Virus record (IMG/VR): IMGVR_UViG_3300047483_000537
Coordinates: 1 to 64,000 of that record
Length of the DNA stretch: 64,000 nucleotides
From: a virus
Direction: 5' to 3' (one strand)
The notes beneath the pieces are model-generated. The model did no database searches and was not told the DNA's origin. It saw nothing but the letters and a program-made list of their open reading frames with translations. A program made the translations under genes and the position numbers. Positions 15,586 to 25,176 of this stretch are shown here, one piece after another. Within the stretch, counting starts at the first letter, position 1. Each line of letters begins with the position of its first letter.

Positions 15586-15951
15586 ATGGCTGGAACTTGG
15601 ACAGACGAACTTAAACAAGAAGTTATTGCAAAATACGAAGGCGCAGGCCCAACACCCGATAACTCAACTGAAATCATCAAAGACATTGCCGAAGAAATCG
15701 AAATGTCTCCTAACGGCGTGCGTATGGTGCTAGTGCAAGCTGGCGTATACGTTAAGAAAGACCCAGCTGCTGGTTCTACATCTAAGACTAAAACTACTGC
15801 AACTGGCGATAAGCCAGCTCGTGTTAGTAAAGAATCTGCGATTGCTGATTTGAAAGCTGCTATCGAAGATATGGGCAAGCCTGTTGACGAAGACATTTTG
15901 TCTAAATTGACTGGCAAAGCCGCAGTGTACTTCCTGAGCGTATTGAAGTAA
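15586..15951 (+). CDS. T5 D3-like protein
   Basis: WTDEL, SPNGVRM.L..AGVYVKK, I.SKLTGKAA. Confidence 0.8.
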   Translation: MAGTWTDELKQEVIAKYEGAGPTPDNSTEIIKDIAEEIEMSPNGVRMVLVQAGVYVKKDPAAGSTSKTKTTATGDKPARVSKESAIADLKAAIEDMGKPVDEDILSKLTGKAAVYFLSVLK

Positions 15952-15955
15952 TTCC

Positions 15956-15978
15956 AGGCGGCTTTATGCCGCCTTTTT
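15956..15978 (+). terminator. Intrinsic terminator
   Basis: AGGCGGC/GCCGCCT + T run. Confidence 0.8.
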
Positions 15979-15994
15979 CTATTTAAGGACTAAT

Positions 15995-16621
15995 ATGGCA
16001 ACACGCAAGAAATCTGCTAGTGAAGAAGAATTGATGACAGACGCTAACATTAGCCGAGTCATTCGCCTACTTGAGCCTCAGGAAGAAGGTGTCAAACCTA
16101 TTACCAAGAAGGACGCTTGTCAGATTCTTGGTATGTCATACAACACTACCAGACTTGGTGCAATTATTGAAGAGTTTAAGCAAAAGCAAGCGCGTACTGC
16201 GCAACGCAAAGCTGAACTTCGTGGCAAGCCTGCTAGTCGTGAAGACGTTGTTTATATTATTTCAGAATACTTGAGCGGTGAAACTGTGGATGCTATTTCC
16301 AAGATGACATATCGTTCACCTACATTTATCAAGCGTATTCTAGAAGAAAACTCAGTGCCAATTCGTGTACCTGGAAGCAGCTACTTTAATCCTGAAATGG
16401 TTCCTGACGGTGCACAGCGTGATCGTTTTAAAATTGGTGAAGTTGTTTACTCTACCAAGTACGATTCGACTGCGCTAATTGAGTCTGAAAAACTAACAGA
16501 AAAGTACGGTTATATTTACCGCATCTTTTTGCTATCAGACAAGTGGCTTCAAAGTGCTTGGCAAGAACACTATGAGTTGGCTAGCTTACAACACCTTCGT
16601 GATCTAGGAGTACGAATATGA
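15995..16621 (+). CDS. T5 D2-like DNA-binding protein
   Basis: TKKDAC.ILG, YLSGE...I....YRS, YELASL.HL..LGV. Confidence 0.8.
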   Translation: MATRKKSASEEELMTDANISRVIRLLEPQEEGVKPITKKDACQILGMSYNTTRLGAIIEEFKQKQARTAQRKAELRGKPASREDVVYIISEYLSGETVDAISKMTYRSPTFIKRILEENSVPIRVPGSSYFNPEMVPDGAQRDRFKIGEVVYSTKYDSTALIESEKLTEKYGYIYRIFLLSDKWLQSAWQEHYELASLQHLRDLGVRI

Positions 16622-16863
16622 GATACTGGATATACTGCGAGCCTGTAAACGAGAAATCCAGTGAAGCAGTATGGCAAGTATGGTCTGATTCGGCTATACT
16701 TGCCGACTACTGGACTCGTTGGTGTAACCTTATGCGAATAGCAGGACGGGAGTCTCAGATCTCAGAAAACAACTGTGTTACAGATTGGGCAGCTACACAT
16801 TGGGCGGAGCCGGCAACACACGAAAACCTGCAAAGAATTATATCGGCGCCAAAAGGCCAATAA
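16618..16863 (+). CDS. Hypothetical protein
   Basis: ATGA-coupled ORF. Confidence 0.55.
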   Translation: MRYWIYCEPVNEKSSEAVWQVWSDSAILADYWTRWCNLMRIAGRESQISENNCVTDWAATHWAEPATHENLQRIISAPKGQ

Positions 16864-16865
16864 TT

Positions 16866-17144
16866 ATGGATGAAAATATTTTATACAGCAAGATAATTGA
16901 AGAAAACATGGACAAAGGTTTTCAGGTTCGTCTTGCAGTTAACGACTTTCGCGAAGTCACGTATATTCAGCTTCGTAAGTTCTTTTTGAGCTATGAAGGT
17001 GACTGGGTTCCAAGTCGTGAAGGCATTAGTATTCCTGCTAGTACAGAAAATATTTATGCCATACTTGACGGACTATTTGAGATTTGTAGTGTAGCTGAAG
17101 GCGAAGAAATTATCAAACGCTATAGCGAGCGGCTAAAATCCTAA
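16866..17144 (+). CDS. PC4-family ssDNA-binding protein
   Basis: V.DFRE..YIQLRKFF...GDW.PSREGIS. Confidence 0.8.
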   Translation: MDENILYSKIIEENMDKGFQVRLAVNDFREVTYIQLRKFFLSYEGDWVPSREGISIPASTENIYAILDGLFEICSVAEGEEIIKRYSERLKS

Positions 17145-17145
17145 C

Positions 17146-17174
17146 TTGTTTCTGTGACCTTAAACTGTTATAAT
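17146..17174 (+). promoter_or_regulatory. Sigma70-type promoter
   Basis: (AC)TTGTTT-N17-TATAAT. Confidence 0.7.
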
Positions 17175-17181
17175 AATATCT

Positions 17182-18132
17182 ATGAACAAAATTACACAAT
17201 ATTTAGATTCGGCTTCAGCGGCTTATTATGCAGGCTCACCCTTCATCACAGATGCTCAGTTTGATGCGCTTGCTGATAGCGTAGGGTATTATGCAGTAGG
17301 CGCTAAGCAAAATTCCAAAACCGAGAAACATCTGTATCAGATGTATTCGCTACAAAAGTATTACGAAGATGAAGGTACCCAACCTCTCCAAGGTATTCGA
17401 TCTATTGCTACAAGCATTAAGCTTGATGGGGCAGCTCTTAGCTTGCTTTATGTTGATGGTAATCTTGTTCGAGTTCTTACCCGTGGCGACGGTGTAGAAG
17501 GTCAAATTGTTACTGACAAGTTCTTGGGCAATCCTATTGTTCCACAAACAGTACCATTTCAAGGCATTTATCAAATCACTGGCGAGATTGTAGCTCCTAT
17601 AAACATTGATAACGCTCGTAACTATGCTGCAGGTGCTCTTAACTTAAAAGATGTCGCCGAGTTCAAGTCGCGTGCACTCAGTTTCTTTGCTTATGGTGTA
17701 CAGCCTAGCCTACAAGATACATTTAATGCAGACTTAAATGAACTCCGTCTAGCTGGCTTTGGAGTAATCAATGAACCAGACTTGGACAAAATCTTTCCTT
17801 GTGATGGTGTTGTATTTCGTGTGAATGACAACCATGAGTTTTATGCCATGGGCTATACAGCCAAACATCCCAGAGGTGCATATGCTAAAAAAGAACGGGC
17901 AGCCCATGTTGAAACAAAACTACTTGCAGTTGAGTGGCAAGTCGGCAAGTCTGGCAAAGTTAGTCCAGTTGCTATTCTGGAGCCTGTTTATATTGGCGAT
18001 GCCCTCGTCAGTCGTGCTACTCTTAATAATCCTGGTTTTATTGAAATGCTAGACTTGCGTATTGGTGATACAGTTGCTGTTATTCGTGCTGGCGAAATTA
18101 TCCCTTGCATCCTACACAAAGTAGATGCTTAA
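17182..18132 (+). CDS. ligA: NAD-dependent DNA ligase subunit A (split)
   Basis: KLDG, TRGDG, DGVV, GKSGK.SPV, RATLNN, RAGEIIP. Confidence 0.92.
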   Translation: MNKITQYLDSASAAYYAGSPFITDAQFDALADSVGYYAVGAKQNSKTEKHLYQMYSLQKYYEDEGTQPLQGIRSIATSIKLDGAALSLLYVDGNLVRVLTRGDGVEGQIVTDKFLGNPIVPQTVPFQGIYQITGEIVAPINIDNARNYAAGALNLKDVAEFKSRALSFFAYGVQPSLQDTFNADLNELRLAGFGVINEPDLDKIFPCDGVVFRVNDNHEFYAMGYTAKHPRGAYAKKERAAHVETKLLAVEWQVGKSGKVSPVAILEPVYIGDALVSRATLNNPGFIEMLDLRIGDTVAVIRAGEIIPCILHKVDA

Positions 18133-18164
18133 ATTTTCCATGCTCGGGCAGCTGAAATTTACAC

Positions 18165-18193
18165 TTGTCCTTACAGTCCCAATCGGGTATAAT
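18165..18193 (+). promoter_or_regulatory. Sigma70-type promoter between ligase halves
   Basis: (AC)TTGTCC-N17-TATAAT. Confidence 0.7.
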
Positions 18194-18217
18194 ACTTATA
18201 TAAATTGATAAAGCAAC

Positions 18218-18985
18218 ATGAAGATCGAAATCCCAACAACCTGCCCCTGCTGTAGCTACAAACTTGAATTGGTCAACGATCAATTATTTTGTCGCAACAC
18301 GGCTTGCGGTGCTCAACTTACTAAAAAAGTTGAACACTTCTGCAAGACTCTAGGCATCAAAGGTATGGGGCCTAAGTCAGTTGAAAAGCTAGACTTGCAA
18401 GATTTGACTGAACTATTTTATCTTGATTTAGAAACAGTTTCGGAAGCCTTAGGTAGTGAAAAAACTGCCGCAAAACTACTTGATGAAATCGAACGCAGTA
18501 AGTCTGCTGATTTAGCCACAGTGTTGGCAAGTTTTTCGATTACCCTAGTTGGTCAAACGGCTTCTAAGAAAATTTGTGAAGTAGTTGACCATGTTGATGA
18601 AATCACTTATGAAACGTGCAAAGCCGCAGGTCTTGGTGACAAAGTTACTGAAAACCTGATTACTTGGCTAGAGACAGATTTCCCTGATTTACGAGAGTTT
18701 TTGCCGTTCTCTTTTAAATCCAATCGTAATTCCACTACAAGCAGTAATAATAATTCCAAGACTGTCTGTATCACTGGAAAGTTATCTTCTTACAAAAACA
18801 AAGCAGAAGCATATCAAGCTCTGGAAGCTGCTGGCTACAAAGCAGTAGAGTCTGTAACAAAAACCACAGACTATTTGGTTGATGAAGAAGATAAAGCTAG
18901 TACAAAACGCAAAAAAGCCGAATCACTTGGCATCCCAATTATTACAAACCTAAATACTTTCTTGAAAGAAACAAAAAATGACTGA
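18218..18985 (+). CDS. ligB: NAD-dependent DNA ligase subunit B (Zn finger, HhH, BRCT)
   Basis: PTTCPCC..FCRN..C, IKGMG, VCITGKL, SVTKTTDYLV, K.KKA..LG. Confidence 0.92.
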   Translation: MKIEIPTTCPCCSYKLELVNDQLFCRNTACGAQLTKKVEHFCKTLGIKGMGPKSVEKLDLQDLTELFYLDLETVSEALGSEKTAAKLLDEIERSKSADLATVLASFSITLVGQTASKKICEVVDHVDEITYETCKAAGLGDKVTENLITWLETDFPDLREFLPFSFKSNRNSTTSSNNNSKTVCITGKLSSYKNKAEAYQALEAAGYKAVESVTKTTDYLVDEEDKASTKRKKAESLGIPIITNLNTFLKETKND

Positions 18986-19727
18986 AAAAGCTACTAAAAA
19001 CTGGTCCGATGAAGCCGTTGACCAACTGATGAGCATCGTTGGTTCACAAAGCCCCGTTAGCGTTGAGTCTGTTGAGCGTGCCGCTGAACAACTTGGTAAA
19101 ACTACTCGTAGTATCGCTTCTAAGCTGCGTCAACTAGACCGTGAAGTTGCTAGTCTTGCAAAAGAAAAAACATCTGCTTTTACTGCTGACGAAGGCGCTG
19201 ATCTCGCTGATTTCGTTGAAGCAAATGCAGGTAATCTGACTTACAAAGAAATTGCTGAAAGCTTTGCTGATGGTAAGTTCAGTGCAAAACAAATCCAAGG
19301 TAAATTGCTTGCTTTGGAACTGACTGGTTCTGTGAAGCCAGCTGAAAAAGTTGAAGTTGCTCGTACTTACACAGAAGCCGAAGAAGCTACTTTTGTTCGT
19401 ATGGCTGAAGCCGGTAGCTATATCGAAGATATTGCCGCTAAGTTGAACAAGACTGTTGCCTCAGTTCGTGGTAAGGCTTTGAGCCTGACACGCAAAGGTC
19501 AAATTGCTAAGATTCCAGCACAAAAAGAATCTCATGCTAAAGAGTCTATTGATCCTGTAACTGCATTGGGCGACAAAATCGCTACTATGACTGTTGCTGA
19601 AATTGCTGCAGCTGTTGACAAAACAGAGCGTGGTCTGCGTACATTGCTGACACGTCGTGGTATCAAAGTTGCCGATTATGACGGTGCTGCTAAGCGTGCC
19701 AAGGCCGAAGCTAAAGCTGCTGCTTAA
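18978..19727 (+). CDS. T5 D5-like DNA-binding transcription regulator
   Basis: AKQIQGKLLALELT, RGKALSL, ERGL..LL.RRG..VADYDGAAKRAK. Confidence 0.88.
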   Translation: MTEKATKNWSDEAVDQLMSIVGSQSPVSVESVERAAEQLGKTTRSIASKLRQLDREVASLAKEKTSAFTADEGADLADFVEANAGNLTYKEIAESFADGKFSAKQIQGKLLALELTGSVKPAEKVEVARTYTEAEEATFVRMAEAGSYIEDIAAKLNKTVASVRGKALSLTRKGQIAKIPAQKESHAKESIDPVTALGDKIATMTVAEIAAAVDKTERGLRTLLTRRGIKVADYDGAAKRAKAEAKAAA

Positions 19728-19742
19728 TTTGGTTTAACCTAT

Positions 19743-19776
19743 AGCCCGGGAGTCCCATAAAGCTCCCGGGCTTTTT
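19743..19776 (+). terminator. Intrinsic terminator
   Basis: AGCCCGGGAG/CTCCCGGGCT + T run. Confidence 0.85.
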
Positions 19777-19795
19777 CTGTTTGGAGGTTCATAGT

Positions 19796-20095
19796 ATGAA
19801 AGTAACTATTACATACCATGACAACGAGTCTTTCACAATGGAAGAGGTTGTAAAACAAGCTGTACATAACTACGGCAAAGCAGCAAAAGTAGATGTTATG
19901 CCTGAATCCACTATGGCATACGATTATATCTATTTTGGGTTACAACAACTGTTAACCCATGAGCAACTTAGTTTGCTATACGACAGTGGAGCAACATATC
20001 AGCAAGACATTAAGAAACTACGCGATCAGGTAATGTACAAGATTACTGAAATCGTTGACCAAGTTATTATTGACAATGAATCGAAAGTAGGGTAA
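19796..20095 (+). CDS. Hypothetical protein
   Basis: GGAGG RBS before ATG. Confidence 0.65.
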   Translation: MKVTITYHDNESFTMEEVVKQAVHNYGKAAKVDVMPESTMAYDYIYFGLQQLLTHEQLSLLYDSGATYQQDIKKLRDQVMYKITEIVDQVIIDNESKVG

Positions 20096-20097
20096 TC

Positions 20098-21486
20098 TTG
20101 GATACTTCAGCAGTAGTCTTAAACAAATTATTAACAGAGCGAAACCTAGATATCTGGGCCAAACTCAAGTTGGTATTCTTAGACCCTGCGTACTCCTCCC
20201 TTTATAGCGTAATTAATAAGTACTATGATAAGTACAGCGCTATGCCGTCATTTGACGATCTTGAGCTAACCTTGAGGGAGGGTCCAGCGTCTAAGACATT
20301 GGCAACTCTCCGGTTAACCGAGGTGCCTGACGTTTCAGCAGAAGTTGCATTGGATGCACTAATCGACCAGTACACTCAGAGTGAAACGGTAAAATTATTG
20401 GATAAATTCGTAGATAAACTACCACTCTACGATACAAACGAAATAAAAGATAATTTAGCGACTATTGCGCTAACTATCGAAGAAAAAACACACACCTCTG
20501 AAAAAGTATTTACTATGGCTGACTTGATGATGTTCAGTCACCCAGAAGATTTGGAGAAAGAACGTGTTTATCTTGGACTTAACAACAGCTTTGACAGTGT
20601 GCTTGGCGGTGTTGCTCGCCAGGAACTTATATTACTTGGAGGCAAGAGGGGCTCTGGTAAATCTATTTCTTGTAGCAATCTGTTTATTAATCAGTACGAA
20701 TCTGGCAACTCAAGCATTTATTTCAGCATTGAAATGACTGCAAAAGAAACCATGGAACGTAACCTAGCCATCTTAGCAAATGTTAATCTCCAAAACTTAA
20801 AACAGCATAAACTAACAGACGACGAAGTATTGCGTGTAGTAAAAGCACGCGCTGGAATGTTTCAAGATGCAGACGAAACTGTTAGTGAGTTTCTACGACA
20901 TCGTGATAGATTCAAGTTTGAAGAATTATTAGTACGAAACTTTCAACTAAAAGCAGACAATCAAATGATTATTGTAGATGATCGTGACTTGACCCTAAGT
21001 AGCATCGACTTGCATATTGGCAAAGCCAAAGCAAAGTTTGGTGATAAACTAAAAGTTGCGGTTGTTGACTACTTAAACCAAATTGTACTAGAAGGTAACG
21101 ATCAATATGATTGGAAACCACAAATCGAAGTTTCAAAGAAACTCAAAAATCTTGCACGTAAGTACGAGATTGTTATGGTTAGTCCGTATCAGATCGACAA
21201 AGACGGAGAAGCCCGTTTTGCCAAAGGTATTTTGGATGCCGCAGATATCGCACTTACAATGGAAGCTCATGATAAAGAAACCAATGCGATTTCATTTGAA
21301 ACCACTAAAATCCGAGGCGGTAAAGAAATGGCGTTTACATGCCCGATTGACTGGGATACACTACGTATCTCGCCACAGAGTGTGGACAGGCCTGCTGCTA
21401 AAGAAACGATTAAAAAAGTAAAGAAATCCCAAGAAGAGGCAGCTCCAGTAAATGATACAGGAGCAGATTTGCCTTGGAACGCATAA
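20098..21486 (+). CDS. DnaB-like replicative helicase (T5 D6-like)
   Basis: GGKRGSGKS, FSIEM, VVDYLNQ, SPYQ. Confidence 0.9.
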   Translation: MDTSAVVLNKLLTERNLDIWAKLKLVFLDPAYSSLYSVINKYYDKYSAMPSFDDLELTLREGPASKTLATLRLTEVPDVSAEVALDALIDQYTQSETVKLLDKFVDKLPLYDTNEIKDNLATIALTIEEKTHTSEKVFTMADLMMFSHPEDLEKERVYLGLNNSFDSVLGGVARQELILLGGKRGSGKSISCSNLFINQYESGNSSIYFSIEMTAKETMERNLAILANVNLQNLKQHKLTDDEVLRVVKARAGMFQDADETVSEFLRHRDRFKFEELLVRNFQLKADNQMIIVDDRDLTLSSIDLHIGKAKAKFGDKLKVAVVDYLNQIVLEGNDQYDWKPQIEVSKKLKNLARKYEIVMVSPYQIDKDGEARFAKGILDAADIALTMEAHDKETNAISFETTKIRGGKEMAFTCPIDWDTLRISPQSVDRPAAKETIKKVKKSQEEAAPVNDTGADLPWNA

Positions 21487-21487
21487 T

Positions 21488-22342
21488 ATGTCAGACCCAG
21501 TACTAGAGCTAATTCAAAAGAACGGCCTGTCATATAATGTGTCGGGCCGTGACTATCTTATCAAATGTTTAAACCCAGAGCATCCTGACTCAAATCCCAG
21601 CTTTCGAGTTGACAGAGTTAGTGGTGTAGCACATTGCTTTGCTTGCGGGTTTAAAACCAACTTGTTTAAATTTTATGGGGTTTTTACAAATCCCGTGCCA
21701 ATGAAAATTGCGGCACTAAAAGAAAAGCTGGCAGCACTAAAAACATTTGGTCAAGACTTAGAACTTCCACAAGGTTACACGCCTTGGACAAAAACATTTC
21801 GTGGCGTTAGTCCTGCAACTCTTAAACATTTTGGTGCTTTTTACACAAATCAAGTAGAAAAGCTACAAGATCGTATTATTTTTCCTGTTAAAGATATTAC
21901 GCAAAAAACTGTTGTGTTTGTTGGTCGACACACAATGTCCAAAGGTAATCCCAGATACCTTAACTATCCTAGTGGTGTAAAGATTCCGCTTTATCCTGCA
22001 CACTTACCAAGCGGATATAGATCAATGGTTATCGTAGAAGGCTTATTTGATATGCTTAACCTATACGATAATGGTTGTGAAAATGTAGTCTGTGCTTTTG
22101 GTACTAACACACTACAAAACGATACAAAACAAAAACTATTGCCATTCCGTGCACAAGGTATTACACACATATATCTATTATTTGACGGAGACGAAGCAGG
22201 TCGTAGTGCTGCAAAACTTCTTAAGCCTTTGATTGAGGCTGAGGGATTTATTGTAGAAATAGTTGATTTGCCTGACGGTACAGACCCAGGCGAACTTGAT
22301 GCAGAAAATGTTCGGTCAATAGCCGAGTATGTAAATAAATAG
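21488..22342 (+). CDS. DNA primase (CHC2 Zn finger + TOPRIM)
   Basis: C..EH.DSNPS, HCFACG, VEGLFD, FDGDEAG, DPGE. Confidence 0.92.
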   Translation: MSDPVLELIQKNGLSYNVSGRDYLIKCLNPEHPDSNPSFRVDRVSGVAHCFACGFKTNLFKFYGVFTNPVPMKIAALKEKLAALKTFGQDLELPQGYTPWTKTFRGVSPATLKHFGAFYTNQVEKLQDRIIFPVKDITQKTVVFVGRHTMSKGNPRYLNYPSGVKIPLYPAHLPSGYRSMVIVEGLFDMLNLYDNGCENVVCAFGTNTLQNDTKQKLLPFRAQGITHIYLLFDGDEAGRSAAKLLKPLIEAEGFIVEIVDLPDGTDPGELDAENVRSIAEYVNK

Positions 22343-22344
22343 AC

Positions 22345-22373
22345 TTGAATAACTAGCTTAGATACGCTATAAT
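22345..22373 (+). promoter_or_regulatory. Sigma70-type promoter
   Basis: (AC)TTGAAT-N17-TATAAT. Confidence 0.75.
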
Positions 22374-22394
22374 AAAGTATCACAAGGATTATAA

Positions 22395-24683
22395 ATGAAA
22401 ATTGCGCTAATTGATAAAGCACCCAACCGTACACGTTATAGTGACTATTTCGAGTTTGAATTCGATCACTATCATATGAGTTCAGTGCCTATTACAAAGC
22501 TACTAAAGAAAGATGTAGATTTGGAAGTAGATCTAACAGAATACGACTATGTTATTCTTGTTGGAGCAGAAGCTGCCAAAGAATATGCTAAAATTACATC
22601 AGTAACAAATATGGCTGGTCAGCTAGTAGACGATAAATTTATTGCTATTAGTAATCCGGCAATGCTTAGCTTTAAACCAGAAGGCAAGCCTGACTTTCAG
22701 CGTGCTTGTGACAAGATTCACAAGTATATCAAAGGCGAACTAAAACCGAAATCTACTGGCGACTATGCCGGTATTCAGGATACTGCTGAAGCAAAACGAT
22801 ATTTGCGTGAAATCCTTGAAAATGCTCAAGGCTACGTTGCGTGGGACACGGAAACAACTGCACTTTATCCACGTGATGGGTACGTGCTTGGCCTATCACT
22901 TACATACAAAACGCACCAAGGCAGATACATTGAAACTGATTGCCTAGACGATGTGTGCTTGGACTTGTTGCGTAAAATTGCCAAGCAATTCTACACAGTA
23001 TTTCACAACATGAAGTTTGACTTCAAGATGATTAAATACCATCTTGATATTGACTTTGATCGTACACGTGTACATGATACAATGGTCATGCACTATGTGC
23101 TTGACGAAACAGACTCACACGGTCTAAAACCATTAGCTCTAAAGTACACCGACTATGGTGACTACGACTCAGAGCTAGATGACTTTAAAAAGGAATACTG
23201 TGCACAGCATGGTATTCTACAAGACGATTTCACTTATGACCTTATCCCGTTTGACGTTATTAGTAAGTACGCTAGTATTGACACTGCGGTTACATTCGAC
23301 CTGTTCAATAAATTCTGGCCTATTGTTCAAGCGAACGAAAAACTACGCAAGGTTTATGAAGAAATCTTGATTCCTGGTACACTGTTCCTAATGGACATGG
23401 AAGAAGTTGGTATTCCTGTTAGCACAGAGCGTATGGCTGCTGCATCAAAGTATCTAGATTATGAAATCGAAGAAGCTAAAAAAGTAGTTTATGGCTTTGA
23501 GGCAGTTCAGCGTTTTGAAAAAGACACTGGCAAAATCTTTAATCCCAATTCAGTAATGCAGCTTCGCGTTGTGCTTTTTGACTACTTGGGCTTAAATCCA
23601 ACTGGCAAGAAAACAGCAACTGGAGCAGTGTCTACTGATGCGGAAGTATTGGGCGAGTTGTCGGATGAACACCCACTGCCAGCAGCTATTCTAAAGGTAC
23701 GACAGCTTGGAAAAATTCAGAACACCTATATTTCAAAGATTTTACCGGAAATTGACCGTGATGGTCGTATTCGTACAAATTTTAATCTTATCTTTACTAC
23801 TAGCGGTAGGCTTAGTAGTTCTGGGAAGTTCAACGCTCAGCAAATACCTCGCGACAATCCTATTATCAAAGGTTGCCTCAAGGCTCCAGCTGGCTATAAG
23901 ATTGTATCGCAAGACTTGACCACAGCCGAAATGTACTATGCGGCCGTATTGTCTGGTGATAAGAATCTACAAGAAGTTTTTAGCAGTGGCGGTGACTTTC
24001 ACTCAACGATTGCTAAAATGGTATTTAACTTGCCTGGCCCTGTGGACGAAGTTAAGAAGAAATACGGCAGTATGCGTCAGAGTGCTAAGGCTATTAGTTT
24101 TGGTATTTTGTACGGCTCAGGTGCTAACAAAGTATCGCAGACTGTTACTAAAGCAACTGGTGAAGACTATCCAGTTGAGCAGGCCCGTGATGATATTAAA
24201 CAATACTTTACAAAATTCAACAAGCTAAAGCGTTGGCTTGATGATCGCAAAAAATTCATTGAAACTAATGGTTACACATACTCATTCTTTGGTAGGAAAC
24301 GCAGACTACCTAATGTCTTTAGCTCGGATAAAGGCATTGCCGCTCACGAAGTCAGGTCAGGCATCAATGCCGAAGTACAAAGTCTCGCAAGTGACGTTAA
24401 CCTACTTGGAGCTATGCGAACAGCGAATGAGATTAAAGCAAAAGGTCTAGACGCTAATATCTTTATGTTGGTACATGACTCGGTGGTTGCGCTAGTAAAA
24501 GACGAAGATGTGGTGGAATACTGCGAGATCCTAAAGCGTAACACACAACACCAGTGGGGTTGTGAGATTCCAGGCACACCTATTGGTGTAGATCAAGATA
24601 TTGGCGATGACTATAGCTTTGGAGATTGGGAAAGCTTCTATGAATTTAATGGAGATACACTGGCCCGTGTTCAAGCTGGGTGA
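22395..24683 (+). CDS. Family A DNA polymerase with 3'-5' exonuclease
   Basis: DTETT, HN.KFD, TSGRLSS, D...AEM, R..AKAISFG.LYG, VHDS. Confidence 0.95.
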   Translation: MKIALIDKAPNRTRYSDYFEFEFDHYHMSSVPITKLLKKDVDLEVDLTEYDYVILVGAEAAKEYAKITSVTNMAGQLVDDKFIAISNPAMLSFKPEGKPDFQRACDKIHKYIKGELKPKSTGDYAGIQDTAEAKRYLREILENAQGYVAWDTETTALYPRDGYVLGLSLTYKTHQGRYIETDCLDDVCLDLLRKIAKQFYTVFHNMKFDFKMIKYHLDIDFDRTRVHDTMVMHYVLDETDSHGLKPLALKYTDYGDYDSELDDFKKEYCAQHGILQDDFTYDLIPFDVISKYASIDTAVTFDLFNKFWPIVQANEKLRKVYEEILIPGTLFLMDMEEVGIPVSTERMAAASKYLDYEIEEAKKVVYGFEAVQRFEKDTGKIFNPNSVMQLRVVLFDYLGLNPTGKKTATGAVSTDAEVLGELSDEHPLPAAILKVRQLGKIQNTYISKILPEIDRDGRIRTNFNLIFTTSGRLSSSGKFNAQQIPRDNPIIKGCLKAPAGYKIVSQDLTTAEMYYAAVLSGDKNLQEVFSSGGDFHSTIAKMVFNLPGPVDEVKKKYGSMRQSAKAISFGILYGSGANKVSQTVTKATGEDYPVEQARDDIKQYFTKFNKLKRWLDDRKKFIETNGYTYSFFGRKRRLPNVFSSDKGIAAHEVRSGINAEVQSLASDVNLLGAMRTANEIKAKGLDANIFMLVHDSVVALVKDEDVVEYCEILKRNTQHQWGCEIPGTPIGVDQDIGDDYSFGDWESFYEFNGDTLARVQAG

Positions 24684-25176
24684 GAAACAGCCTGAACAGC
24701 GGGAAGGATTGGTGTTCTATTACAGCGAATATGCTGACAAGGATAATAACACTCCAGGCTTCTCGTTTAGAGTTGTAGACGATCAGAACGAAAAAGGGGC
24801 TACTTTAGGGTTGCGTAGGCTTAGGCTAAAATCAGACCCTAAAGTAAAGCTATTTCCTATTCGCACAGCAATTTACTTTGTGGCAGATTTGGTTAAGTTA
24901 GCCAAATCGACCACTTGGTTTATTGATAATAGCGGGCGAGTATTTCACTACGAAAAAAATACTCGCGCCAAACTGATTACAAAAAAGATCAAACAAGTTT
25001 TACCTGCGGCAGGGCTAGGGTGTGTCGTTGAGTTGGAAGGGTTGTCTACCAGATTCAAATCAATGCACAAGCCCAGTGAGTTTCAGCAATATGCCAGAGT
25101 TCTACAAACAGGTATGGCACACATTTTTTATGGATTCTGTGATAAAAAGTATCCAGATAGTTGGAGGATGGTGTAA
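24640..25176 (+). CDS. Conserved T5-like hypothetical protein between pol and D10
   Basis: Synteny; WPVF..., FIDNSG.VF. Confidence 0.65.
   Translation: MNLMEIHWPVFKLGEKQPEQREGLVFYYSEYADKDNNTPGFSFRVVDDQNEKGATLGLRRLRLKSDPKVKLFPIRTAIYFVADLVKLAKSTTWFIDNSGRVFHYEKNTRAKLITKKIKQVLPAAGLGCVVELEGLSTRFKSMHKPSEFQQYARVLQTGMAHIFYGFCDKKYPDSWRMV

Noticed and set aside
17182-18985. Split ligase as pseudogene or intron
   Set aside because: Two-gene NAD ligase is a normal T5-like feature; both halves are intact
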